A stretch of 49,470 nt of DNA, counting the filler, from Stramenopiles sp. TOSAG23-3 (Eukaryota), in assembly GCA_900128585.1 (NCBI GenBank). It is 4 parts of 4 records of this genome, joined end to end, with 100 filler letters (N's around TTAATTAATTAA, not from the genome) between each part and the next. Parts side by side here need not be neighbours in the genome. Positions count along the whole stretch, not along the records: positions 22,696 to 45,280 come from LT642333.1; 3 more parts are not named here. One strand, 5' to 3'. The notes under the pieces were generated by a model that worked only from the letters and a program-made list of their open reading frames with translations, searched no databases and was not told where the DNA came from. Positions 23,851-34,015 of this stretch are shown in pieces; the stretch's first letter is position 1, and each line of letters begins with the position of its first letter. The position numbers were made by a program, and so were the translations under genes.

Positions 23851-25390
23851 TTACAGCTGAGCAGCACATCGTTCACAACTACAGGTAAACCCATAATCTC
23901 TTAGCTTTTCCCGACGTTCACTGTATGACAAACTGGAGTCAATGTATGAAAATGAAATTTCGTCCCCCTTCTTAATATTTTTGATTGTTTTCACAATCGC
24001 CTGCAGAGCGTTCGATTCCTCATCCCAGAGAATTTCAGCGTTTGGGTTGCACGAATGGTTCATGCAGCATATCACTGTAAACAATGCAGTGCCATCCAAG
24101 GGCGGGAAGTAAGCTTCTAGGTTAATGCTATTAATGTCAGCTGGTATGTGGCCCTCCTGTGACTGGTCAAGCTCGTCCTCAACCTCCACTCGCATGCTTT
24201 CCACGGTGCCCTGTGCCCTGTTCTTGTTGTCCTCCTGCTCCGCTTGTTGCCCATCGTCACCAGCGTTCTCTTCGAAGTCTTCCCCTTCCTCTTCGTCCCA
24301 CATACCGTTGGCTTCAATTTCGGCCAGCAAAGGCCTAAGGGTGAAAAATGTAATAAGTTGTGTTAGAATTGTAAAAGGATAAGAATCATGATCAAACTTA
24401 CAACAATTTGCCCAACAGTCCACTCTCCACGGATTGCCCTGCGGCGACGCCCTGCCCTTTCGGCACTGGTGCATTGACGTCTGCCATCTTTGCCTCTATT
24501 CCAAGTGCGACGAGTGACTTTCGACGAATGCCTAAATTATTTTGCTCAAACATACCGATGATTGAGCCGTAATAATCAACGTTAAATAGCTCGTCAAACT
24601 CCTTATCTGAGATTTGCACCGGGCTACAATTGGACAGAATAGCCTGTCGGAGAAGATGAAAGGATTCCATTGATAACTCATACAATGTATTTGCCAGCAT
24701 ATTTTTTTCTTCCAGTACCTCGCTTTCATCACCGGCTGTGTTTGACGGCCACACCACATCCCACCATTTGTTTTGCACAAAGCGTTTAAACGCCTCTTTG
24801 GACCTTTTTGGGTCCTTCTTGTATCTCATAATAATGCTCGTCACAACCTGTGCAGCCAAAATAAATATTTCGTTCGTCTCCATAGCATGTAGCTTGAACT
24901 GAATTATGGGGTGCTCTCTTGAACTCTCGCCATCGATTGGGCCGGTGCACAAAATAGCATGGCCATTTCTTGCATTATCATTTCCTTGGCATTCTGAAGA
25001 ACAGTATATTTCCCCGCAAGAGCAAACTACATGAGATGGGGGTCGTTTGATGTCCTCTTCGCCAAGAAGTGTCCAGCTCTGCTCGTACTTTAAATAGTCT
25101 AAACGGTTTATTTTCCTCTGCAATAAATCAATCTGTTGCTCCAGGGTGCCAATATTGCACTTACAATAGTGGCACACCACGACATCAAATTTATTGTCCA
25201 AACTCTGCATGGCCACAAGGGGCGATTCTCTATGGATCAACACGCCCTTCGAGATATCACTGGTCGCCACAATAATTTTTCCTTTGCTCTTGGTCTTCAC
25301 AACTTGAAAGCAGGATCCCACGTCCGCAGCGTTGAGTTTGTCCGAGTAGTAGTCCACCGCTTCGCCACCACCAACCGCCAAGGACGCCAT
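23851..25390 (-). CDS. SET/MYND (SMYD5-like) lysine methyltransferase; 2 exons: 25390-24402 and 24334-23851
   Basis: KGKIIVAT..I.KG, MYND-like CHYC...CSCGEIYCSSEC..H...C, NHSCNPN, GDEISFSY, post-SET YGFTCSCERC. Removing the intron restores the frame GKLL-PLLAEIE. Confidence 0.92.
24335..24401 (-). other. 67-nt spliceosomal intron
   Basis: GTAAGT donor, TTCTAAC branch point, pyrimidine tract and CTTAG acceptor; AT-rich; joins two SET-domain ORFs in frame. Confidence 0.92.
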
Positions 25391-25824
25391 ACTATGTACG
25401 TGCGCACTCGTTGGTACGATCAAGATAAACGATTCTCTGCAATTAAAGAGTTCCCGTTCAACATCTACGCCTTTTCACCACTTTCATTCAATAATTCGTG
25501 GATATCCAGCAGAAGACCAAGGCAGCATGTAAATTGGAGTTGTTTAATTTTCATTAAAAAAATCAATAATTAATACATCGTAAACTAATTTCGCCACAAC
25601 AACAACGACATTCTTCTTCATCATCATCAAATCATCATCATCATTTTTTTTTTTTTTACATGTGTGATGTAGCTAATTTTATTATTATCGGTACGAGTAC
25701 GACTATTGGAACTATGGAAAAACCGGCACAATAATAAAAAATAAAAAAATAATAATCAACAACAAAGATAATTATTTTTCTCATCATCATTGGTTCTTGT
25801 TGTGTTAAGTCGTACGCGTACACA

Positions 25825-25871
25825 CTAGACGACTATTACTAGAACTGACTAGTCTAATAATAGTCGTCTAG
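25825..25871. promoter_or_regulatory. 14-bp perfect inverted repeat built from two TAGACGACTA motifs in a divergent spacer
   Basis: CTAGACGACTATTA (25825-25838) and TAATAGTCGTCTAG (25858-25871). The regulatory role is inferred. Confidence 0.5.
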
Positions 25872-26129
25872 AACTAAGAAGCTATTTTATATAATACGGA
25901 TAATATGTGTGTATGATGGTTTAAATTATTATTATTTGTACGTAATTAGCTAGTTATTTATAGGTAATCGAAACTCGAAACTCGTGTTCTTGCTTACCCT
26001 ATACATAGCAAGCAAGTTGAAAACCAAAGAACTAGAAACTAATGGAAAGGCAACGATGCACGGTCGACTTACTAGACTTCTAGACAAGCGTCGCCTTTTG
26101 AGTTGCCAGCGAATCGGGCGGGTAGATGA

Positions 26130-27632
26130 ATGGATCTTGACGCTCTCTTGGACAATGAAAAGGAAGGCGACACGCCACCCTTCACGTACAGTCCAACGTC
26201 GTTGAGTGAATTGTGTGCGACAGAGGTGGCAAGATTAGTTGTTTTGGACAGACGAAAAATGTGCAAAATTTTAAATCGGTTGCCCTGGGGGATAGTGAGG
26301 ATTGTGCTCATGCGTCTCCCTGGAGATGTCGTGTTTTACTACCAGGTTATGTGTAACGAATACCATTTTGACCTTTTTGATTGGGAGTGTATCTGGAGCA
26401 TTAAATACAACGAGACATTACGCACCACAAAAGAATTGAACGAGGATAGACTGGAGCCCTCTGACTCATGGAGCTCGGGTATGATCCCGCTTTTACCACG
26501 TTCGTTAGATGGCTTCTACGTAGACATGAAAAAAGAATCTTGGGCCAATAGAGAAAAGCCATCTGAGCATTTTGCCACCTTCGTTAAAGAGATGAAACGT
26601 ATAATTAGTTGCATGCGTGGAGTGCGGCAAAAGCCTGCTTCCCCACTGAAGAAGAAAAATGCGAAACAATTAGTATCGTCCCGCAAGTCCAAGTCTAGAG
26701 CCAAAGGTTCCGCTGATCGCAGCTTTAATAAGTCCGAACGAGGATTGCTGAAGCCAACGTCCAAACGGACTTCCTTGCCACCAATCGCAAAGCGGAAGAA
26801 AACCCAAAAAAAACCTCCAAAGCCGTCAAAGTCTGCTGGAGTACTGCCGGCGAAGAAATACAATTTCTGCGTACCGCTGGTGTTTGGGTGCAATGCAACA
26901 GAGGTGGCCCTGAACTTTTTTTTCCCTTTCCAAAATATACTAGAAAGTCTGTGGAAAAACGAGGTGCGACCCCCATTTATTGGAGAAAATTCCCTCGTTA
27001 ACTTGACTCTTCGGGGCGCCTCAATAGATAATGGTTTGGTGTCGCGTATTTGCCAACAGCACAAGTTGCTGCAGAAGTTAGACCTTACAACCCAGGACTG
27101 TAGATGTACAGGCAGCGATGCACTGCTTTCCATAGCAAACCATCTGCATAAACTAAAAGAGCTTCGCTTAGGATGCTGGCCAGAAGATGCTGTAAATTTT
27201 GAATCAATAGATGCCTTCTGCAATGTTCTTCAATCCGAACAAGGAATGCTGTTGCCCCCGAGGGATGAAGCTCGTGCAGCAAAGTCGGCTGCTAGAAAGA
27301 TAAGGCAAACGTGCAAGGTGTATTCGTCTTCGTTAATCCATTTAGATTTGTCTAATTGCCTGGGGGTCAATTCAAGCGCACTTAATACAATTTTTTCAAA
27401 AAACCCAGGGATTCTAGACATGTGCGTTTTCGGGTGTTACATGTTGACCAGCGAATCACTTTTCGGGATGACCAACCCCGACTGTCGCCTTGTTCGCTTA
27501 AATTATAGCGGTGCATACAAACTCACTGATCAAGAGTTTGTTCGCCCACTATTAAGTGTTCACCCGGATATTGTATTTTACAACAGCCCGAACGAGTTCG
27601 GTGATTACGTTACCACCAAGAAAAGTTTCTAA
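26130..27632 (+). CDS. Leucine-rich-repeat protein (FBXL/AMN1-like Cys-containing LRRs), possible N-terminal BC-box/F-box-like segment
   Basis: PTSLSELC..V, LNRLPW; C-terminal LQKLDL, LKELRLGC, LIHLDLSNC, LVRLNYSG repeats. Confidence 0.85.
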   Translation: MDLDALLDNEKEGDTPPFTYSPTSLSELCATEVARLVVLDRRKMCKILNRLPWGIVRIVLMRLPGDVVFYYQVMCNEYHFDLFDWECIWSIKYNETLRTTKELNEDRLEPSDSWSSGMIPLLPRSLDGFYVDMKKESWANREKPSEHFATFVKEMKRIISCMRGVRQKPASPLKKKNAKQLVSSRKSKSRAKGSADRSFNKSERGLLKPTSKRTSLPPIAKRKKTQKKPPKPSKSAGVLPAKKYNFCVPLVFGCNATEVALNFFFPFQNILESLWKNEVRPPFIGENSLVNLTLRGASIDNGLVSRICQQHKLLQKLDLTTQDCRCTGSDALLSIANHLHKLKELRLGCWPEDAVNFESIDAFCNVLQSEQGMLLPPRDEARAAKSAARKIRQTCKVYSSSLIHLDLSNCLGVNSSALNTIFSKNPGILDMCVFGCYMLTSESLFGMTNPDCRLVRLNYSGAYKLTDQEFVRPLLSVHPDIVFYNSPNEFGDYVTTKKSF

Positions 27633-27700
27633 AAAATATTAATTACGAAAAACCTAATTCAGTTTATCTTAAATAGCAGCCAATTATATAGTATAATAAC

Positions 27701-28350
27701 AAAAAAACAAATTATATAGTATGTTTTAAGAAGTCAAAAAAAAGTTAATATCATAAGAAGTCAAAAAAGAAAAGAAAAAAGAAGGTAAAACCGTTCAAGA
27801 ACCCAAACTCCTCCTTGTTCCAGAATAAGACTATCATAAAATTGTTTGAGACAGCGGCTATTATTGTTTTGCAGATGCCTGGATCTATCTCAAAACTTAT
27901 TATGATGATCATAATGATGAATTTCTTTCAAGTCGTACATACATAAACCTGCGTAAATGTATCTTCTAAAGATCCAAGACTACCAAGAGTATCATGGATT
28001 TTCCACTTCAGGGCGTATTCGTATTCATCATTCAAACTATCACCTGATTGGTCTCTTCGAAAAACATGAACGTCATTTCCGATTGTATTGATTTCCCTTG
28101 CACGACCACAAGAAGTTCGTAGGTGCCCCCGGCAGGCTCGGTTGCTGCCCCATAGGCTACGTTTACATGTTGTGATAATCCGCCCAATAGAGCGTCTACC
28201 GGCACGTCGTCCGACACGGTAACAAAAGGCAATAAATGATGATCCATGGTACTTCTTCATGTACCGCGAATGTAAATCTGCTCCTTTTGTCCATTAAATG
28301 TTTACGTTCCTTCATATACTGCAAACTTATCTCTGCTCCTGTGATTTTAC
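27701..28350 (-). mobile_element. Longest interspersed-element relic (~650 bp) with decayed coding-like sequence; family-2 terminus plus a module shared with family 1
   Basis: Ends in CTTAAAACATACTATATAATTTGTTTT; 27704-27789 is repeated at 28701-28759; 28257-28350 is the reverse complement of ~38140-38236; broken reading frames. Confidence 0.65.
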
Positions 28351-28439
28351 TATTTTATATTAAGTATGTAACTTTAATTATAAAAAATTAATATTACGAT
28401 AGTATGCTTTAAGACTCTCATTTTATTTTATATCAATTA

Positions 28440-28525
28440 AAACAAGATAATTGGCTGTTATATTTAAGTAATTAAAATTAATGTACTGCGAACTGAACTC
28501 TAGATTTAGACATTCAAGGTTTACA
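28440..28525 (-). mobile_element. Family-1 insertion with 11-bp TSD
   Basis: Flanked by TATATCAATTA at 28429-28439 and 28526-28536; near-identical to 8044-8136. Confidence 0.8.
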
Positions 28526-28994
28526 TATATCAATTACAATTTCAGTTTTCCAACTCTAATCCTAACTTGATGTTTTCTTTCGTTGGTTGTCAATCACTGA
28601 GAGGAGTTATATTCCAATGAACAATTACTACCAAGTGTCAAGATGTTTCTTTTCTTGGTATCATAAAGGTAATCTGTAATCAACAAACATATGATATATC
28701 AAAACAAATTATAGTATCATATGTTTTAAGTCAAAAAAGAAAAGAAAAAAGAAGGTAAATCATATTCTAAAAGTAAATGCTGCTTCCACATTTAGTATCT
28801 TGCTATTATTATAGGACATTACCGTAGTAAAATTAATGTTATACGAAGGTATTATTTACGAAAACAAAACAATCATTATGCCTGCATGGAGTACATCTGA
28901 GAATGATAGTCAAGACTCCTCGTAAGCGACAAGACCTGTATCATACGAAATGATCCCTTATTTCGCGCTGACCTCGGATCCATGATGAGTTAAA

Positions 28995-30539
28995 TTATAA
29001 TCCCGACGCCTTTTTGCACGTATTTACTCGACCCACACTAGTGCAGCAATGGAACCCATTTCCACACACGCAATTCCCAGATTCACTATTTTTCAAGGAA
29101 AACATTTGCAAGGCCGTCGAAACTGCAGAGCTCTCGTGTTTTGACCAAGTGCACCATGTTTTATCCGACTGCGAGGTGGTGCAATCGTCTTTAGTTTTGT
29201 GCTGGCTGCAATCGTGTTTGTCATTGCTACCGGGGGCAGAGTACCCATTCTTTTTCGTGCACACCACCGCTGGATCTTTTGCCACAGCCTTGTAGTGTCG
29301 TACCTCTTCTGAAAAAGTGTACTTTTGGCCCTGCTCAATCTTGCAGGGTTTGCTACGGGGACCTTCGGTGCCAAAGCGCACTGCCTCTGCTTCTCCCCGT
29401 GTTACACTAGTTAAGCAGTACACCCAATCCACAAAATCTCCATCGTTGCATTTAGCTTTTCCTTTGGATTTGTCGATGTTGCAGATTGTTTCAATGGCTG
29501 TGTTTATCAAGTCGTTTTTCGATTCTACGCAACTCTTGTCTCCTTCCTCCTCTTCCTCCTTCGTCGGGTTTCCAGGCGATACCCTGGAGGGGCCTTCGCT
29601 GTCATCGAGGAGTGTATAGCTCAGACACTTGGAACAATCCGCCCGAGTTCCACCGTAACAACGCCCGTCGTGGTCGGTAGTTAAAGTCTCGTCCTCGAGC
29701 GCTGTCTTAATGATAGGAAGAATGATGTCCCTCCATTCTTTCTTTCCTGGGACTACTTGGCAACCTTTTGACCAATTCTTTACTTTTGTTGGAGTGTAAC
29801 CATATCCTTTCTTTAAAATCGTCGAATGAAAGTTCAACGCCCATGATTTGGTCGCTGTTGGGTTGCCTGATGCACTTTCTTGAAGGCGATACACAGATGA
29901 AGTTGGCCCCGTTGAGTGACGTTCCAACAACCACTGGTCGACTCCCATACATTTCAGCGCTGGGTACCCGTTGTGGTCTCCCATGCAATATTTATTCAAG
30001 TACTGGCCTGGTTTCATCACAGAGGTTTTGCTTGAGGACATCAGCGCGTGGCCCGGCAAGGTTGTCATTGCTGTAGTGTAGTGTCGATAGACATCCAGTT
30101 CACTGCAGTGCCAGACCAAATGCAACTCATCGTCAAACTTGTTTGTAAATACATCTTTCCAGCACGAATCGTCCGTCTTTCCCTTTGGGCAAATGCCAAG
30201 TGGGCTGTTCTTGCGAACACCAATGATGTTAACATCCCCGTCCTTGGTCCTAATTTTCATCCCATCAGTGTCACGGACTCTTTCTAATATGAGAGGGATC
30301 TTTTTGGACTCTTCGATCCCATCCTCGACGGGGAGAGCTTTGTCACACAGCCCTTTCTTAAGCGACTCAATACCTCGTTTCCTTGTGTCCCCCCACTTAA
30401 ACCCATCTGTAGTTGACCATGATTTCCCTCCCCTAACCATCGTGTACGTGTACTGGTGGGGATCCCGCAACAGCGTTGCTGCACTGCTTGCAAACAACAA
30501 GCAGGTCACCACGACAGATGGCTGTCCAAACCGTGTCAT
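28995..30539 (-). CDS. Secreted protein with bacterial/phage-type YkuD-like (L,D-transpeptidase-like) domain and Cys-rich C-terminus
   Basis: Signal peptide from ATG 30539; motif series NIIGVR, NKFDD, TTLPG, PGQY, GDHNGYPAL, LNFH-x18-SKGCQV, SYTLL. Family assigned from recalled motifs, not from a search. Confidence 0.7.
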   Translation of the reverse strand: MTRFGQPSVVVTCLLFASSAATLLRDPHQYTYTMVRGGKSWSTTDGFKWGDTRKRGIESLKKGLCDKALPVEDGIEESKKIPLILERVRDTDGMKIRTKDGDVNIIGVRKNSPLGICPKGKTDDSCWKDVFTNKFDDELHLVWHCSELDVYRHYTTAMTTLPGHALMSSSKTSVMKPGQYLNKYCMGDHNGYPALKCMGVDQWLLERHSTGPTSSVYRLQESASGNPTATKSWALNFHSTILKKGYGYTPTKVKNWSKGCQVVPGKKEWRDIILPIIKTALEDETLTTDHDGRCYGGTRADCSKCLSYTLLDDSEGPSRVSPGNPTKEEEEEGDKSCVESKNDLINTAIETICNIDKSKGKAKCNDGDFVDWVYCLTSVTRGEAEAVRFGTEGPRSKPCKIEQGQKYTFSEEVRHYKAVAKDPAVVCTKKNGYSAPGSNDKHDCSQHKTKDDCTTSQSDKTWCTWSKHESSAVSTALQMFSLKNSESGNCVCGNGFHCCTSVGRVNTCKKASGL

Positions 30540-31029
30540 GTTTGGATGGCTTCTCAATGTTCCTTTGCTTATTAAATTCACGCGATCGCTTGTTCACAAA
30601 CAGTCAGTTTGATTTCCTGTTCAATAAAGTGTATATTGGTTTGTTTTCTATTTCATACAATGAGTAGAAAATCTATAGTTTCGATCATTTGACTTCTTTT
30701 TCAATATATTATTCCTCGTATTATTTATGACTGAATTGTTCTTCCCCTAAAGGAAATATACATTAAGAATAGGGCAATAATAGTACATATATTTCATTTT
30801 ACAGGTAAGAGTATACAAGTATATTTATCCCCCCCCTTTTATGAAAATCATAACAACTTATAAAATTTCTCATACTTTCTTCTTCTACTAACATATTCGT
30901 CTATTTTTAGACGACTAAGTAGATACGTAGATAATAGAATCCCGGAAGGGGTCATTTCATTGATAGGATAAGTAACTGTACTTGACGTGTATACTATTTA
31001 TTATTTTGTAATTCTGAAGTATGCGTTTT

Positions 31030-32223
31030 CTAAAATCCTATCTCATACAGAGTTCCTTGGGTTAGCATAAAAATGATGGGATTCCATACAATCAGATAGC
31101 GAAGGGCATCCAAGAGCTGAGCCCAAACGAGGGACTGCGATTCCCACGGCGTCATGCCCAGAACGGACCGAATGTTCACCTTGTCGCCACAGTTTGGGCA
31201 CGTATGGTTCTTCCCTACAATAACCCACCCTCGTAGACAAAATTCGTGAAATTCATGACCACATTTCAGTTTAACGATACGCTCTTCTCGGGTTATAGAG
31301 CGCTGCTCATGGTTATGAAGGCTGTCATCTGCAAAGTCTTGGCCTTCGATCAAGGCCTCAGTGTCCACACCTAGTTGCCCTGCACACAGAGCACACATGT
31401 TCGTAGGAAGCATACGTTGGGGCTCGTCGTCGTCTTTCTTCGAGTACCCGAGGGCTTGTTTCATCCGCCACGCACACAGCTCAGCGCAGTCGCGCCCGAG
31501 CAAACCGAAGTATAGCCCATAAAACAGTACTATTGTTGCATGGCCGCTGAAAGAACGTGGCAAAAACAGTGCAGCCCGGATACCGAGGAACTCAAGAATG
31601 ACTCCCACGTACCCCCCGACGCTCATCACGTAGCAAATTTTATAAAGCCGGAAAAACCATGTATATACGCGCCTCGGTGTTTTCACGTCCAGCGGGTTTC
31701 TCGTTGCTAACCAGACGTGATAGCCGGTACAAGCCAGGAACATGGCCCATACAGCGACAAAACGCCAAAAGTGAAAATAATCAGCAAAGATGAAGGGGAA
31801 CAGCAGCAACCCCGCTAAAGTGGTTTGCTGGTAGGAATAGTAGTGCGTTTTTCTCCACGTCCACAGTAAAACTTGGGCAACAACCATTACGAACAGCAAA
31901 AACATAAACACGAACGGGGCTCGCTTTCGGCGTGTGCGGAAACGCTCGAGTCGTTCAAGTTGTTCTTTCGTCAGTTTTGATTCCTCGTGAAAACGACCCG
32001 CATGGTGCGGAAATTTTCCCTGGGTTTTCTTTATATTATGATGCAGTCCGACAGTTGCATTTATTCTTCTGGAATCGACCTTCTTCCCCAAAACTGTTTC
32101 TCCCGCAACAATGTCTACACTATAAAGCGCACACGCGCAGAAAGAGAACGCCAGTAAACATCCCAGCCGCCGCAAGTTTAAACTTCGGACCATTTTTCTC
32201 ACCTTGCCTCCCACCCTTTCCAT
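31030..32223 (-). CDS. RNF121/RNF175-like multi-pass RING-H2 E3 ubiquitin ligase
   Basis: TPRRVYTWF, LFYGLYFGLLGRDCAELC, CALC...LKCGHEFHEFCLRGWVIVGK..TCPNC, PWE....W.QLLDALRYLIVWNP. Confidence 0.95.
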   Translation of the reverse strand: MERVGGKVRKMVRSLNLRRLGCLLAFSFCACALYSVDIVAGETVLGKKVDSRRINATVGLHHNIKKTQGKFPHHAGRFHEESKLTKEQLERLERFRTRRKRAPFVFMFLLFVMVVAQVLLWTWRKTHYYSYQQTTLAGLLLFPFIFADYFHFWRFVAVWAMFLACTGYHVWLATRNPLDVKTPRRVYTWFFRLYKICYVMSVGGYVGVILEFLGIRAALFLPRSFSGHATIVLFYGLYFGLLGRDCAELCAWRMKQALGYSKKDDDEPQRMLPTNMCALCAGQLGVDTEALIEGQDFADDSLHNHEQRSITREERIVKLKCGHEFHEFCLRGWVIVGKNHTCPNCGDKVNIRSVLGMTPWESQSLVWAQLLDALRYLIVWNPIIFMLTQGTLYEIGF

Positions 32224-33085
32224 AAATACCTTATCACAGATGCCCAGTTATGTTGTAAAGATCGTTCGGAACGACGGACAGGTGAATACACCGCATGGGG
32301 GTTGTTATACCTTATTTCCGTCTTCCTTTCGTAGATGCTCGAATGTCAGCGTTTAATTCATTTATACATGTAATAATTGCATGAACAACAAAGAGAAGAA
32401 AGAAGAGCTTTTTGTTGTTGTTGGTGTTGTTGTTTATTTTTACCTGGTGGTGGTATGGTATAAATTACCTATTAATAATATTATTATTTTTTATTACTAG
32501 ATGTCTACGTAGTGGCCTCGTAATATTAAAATATAGATATTTATATTTATTATGTTATCACCTGTGGTAATAATCTCTCAAACTACGTAGTATCCTAGTC
32601 AAAGACAACGTTTGACTACCGGTGTACTGGCTAATAGACTATCTACCGATACCGGTAGAACAGAAAATTCGAACTTCATAGTCTCTATAATTAATCAATA
32701 TAATAACTAAGCAGACTATTGTCTATCTATTTGTTGTTGGTATTTGGGCACACTCCAATTACGTAGTCTCAAAAATATCAGGTACAGGTAGGTACCAGGT
32801 ACGGTACCGACCGGAATGGACAATAATAATACTAGACTTGACTGACTATAAGAAGACGACACTTTTAACTACTACTACTAAAATATTTTTTATAAATAAT
32901 ATAATTATTACTTCGTCGTGAACTCTTCGGTATTATACTATTACCGGTGCAATGTTTACAAAAATGAAAGGCGTTCATTCTTTTGCCTTTTTACAGCAAC
33001 CTATTTTATTATTCTGTTCACACAGCACTTACACCTTGGCTGACTTTCAAGAATTTTCCAGAGCAATCTTGCCCAGTTTGAAAAG

Positions 33086-33847
33086 ATGGCTAATTTAGTA
33101 AATGAGGACTCCTCTCCCCTCCTTCTTCGCGCTCTGGCGGCTTTCCGTAACGGTGCGGTAAGGGAAGCACATGTTGTGCTGAAAGTAATGTTGGCGAAAG
33201 GCTCCTGCGGCGAAGGAGACTTAGAGGCAGCAAGTCGATTAAAATTGCAAGTGCAGGATGTTATGATGAATGAAGAGGCAGAGGCAAAAGCGCGGTTGGC
33301 CAGTGGTTTCACTCGTTGCGTGCTAAAAGGTTTCTCGAAATCACGCTACAATGGCAAAAGTGGGACTGCCCGGGCATACTCTGCAGCTAAGGGGCTTTAT
33401 ACAATTGAATTGGACGGATTCAACGCCAACACCGGGGAATGGGAGTCCGTAGACGCCAGAGACAAAGAGCAATTGGAATGGACAGAAGACGACGCCCCGC
33501 TAATAGCGGGGGACGAGTGGTTGAGCAAACCCTTTGCTACCGCCCTGGAAGAGTTGTTTCGACGTTTCGATGTAGACGAAGATAACTTACTTTCCAAGGA
33601 AGAGCTAAAATTGTATAGTATTGCTGCAAATGAAAACAATAGGTGTTTTACGGACGTAGAGTTGCAAGAGATAGAGGATTATTTTGATTGGAAAGATGGT
33701 GGTGGGCAGCACAAAAAAGGGGGGTTGACCCTTCGAGGGTGGTATGATATGTACCACACTCAGACATGTAGTGAAGTGGAAGAAACTTGGAAAGACTTGC
33801 GACGGCTTGGTTACAATGGTCAGTTGAAGCGTTCTGGGAAAAGTTAG
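33086..33847 (+). CDS. EF-hand-containing protein with an upstream KOW/SH3-like segment
   Basis: LEELFRRFDVDEDNLLSKEEL is a canonical EF hand; GLTLRGW...ETWKDLRRLGY resembles Miro-type EF-associated helices; VLKGF...YNGKSG...Y.IELD beta module. Confidence 0.85.
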   Translation: MANLVNEDSSPLLLRALAAFRNGAVREAHVVLKVMLAKGSCGEGDLEAASRLKLQVQDVMMNEEAEAKARLASGFTRCVLKGFSKSRYNGKSGTARAYSAAKGLYTIELDGFNANTGEWESVDARDKEQLEWTEDDAPLIAGDEWLSKPFATALEELFRRFDVDEDNLLSKEELKLYSIAANENNRCFTDVELQEIEDYFDWKDGGGQHKKGGLTLRGWYDMYHTQTCSEVEETWKDLRRLGYNGQLKRSGKS

Positions 33848-34015
33848 TGGGGAAGAACTGAAAAATTAATCAATTCGGTATGCCAACAACTTTAAAACAG
33901 AATATCAAATTTTTACAAGCTAGAGTGCCAGTAAATAATATAACTTGTTTTTTATCTATACTAGAGCAGAATACTTCACTTGCGAGAAGTAGGTTTTAAA
34001 AAGTGGGGCCACAGA

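Noticed and set aside
23851-25423. Overlapping SET ORFs as programmed frameshift or stop readthrough
   Set aside because: Fully explained by a canonical 67-nt GT-AG intron.
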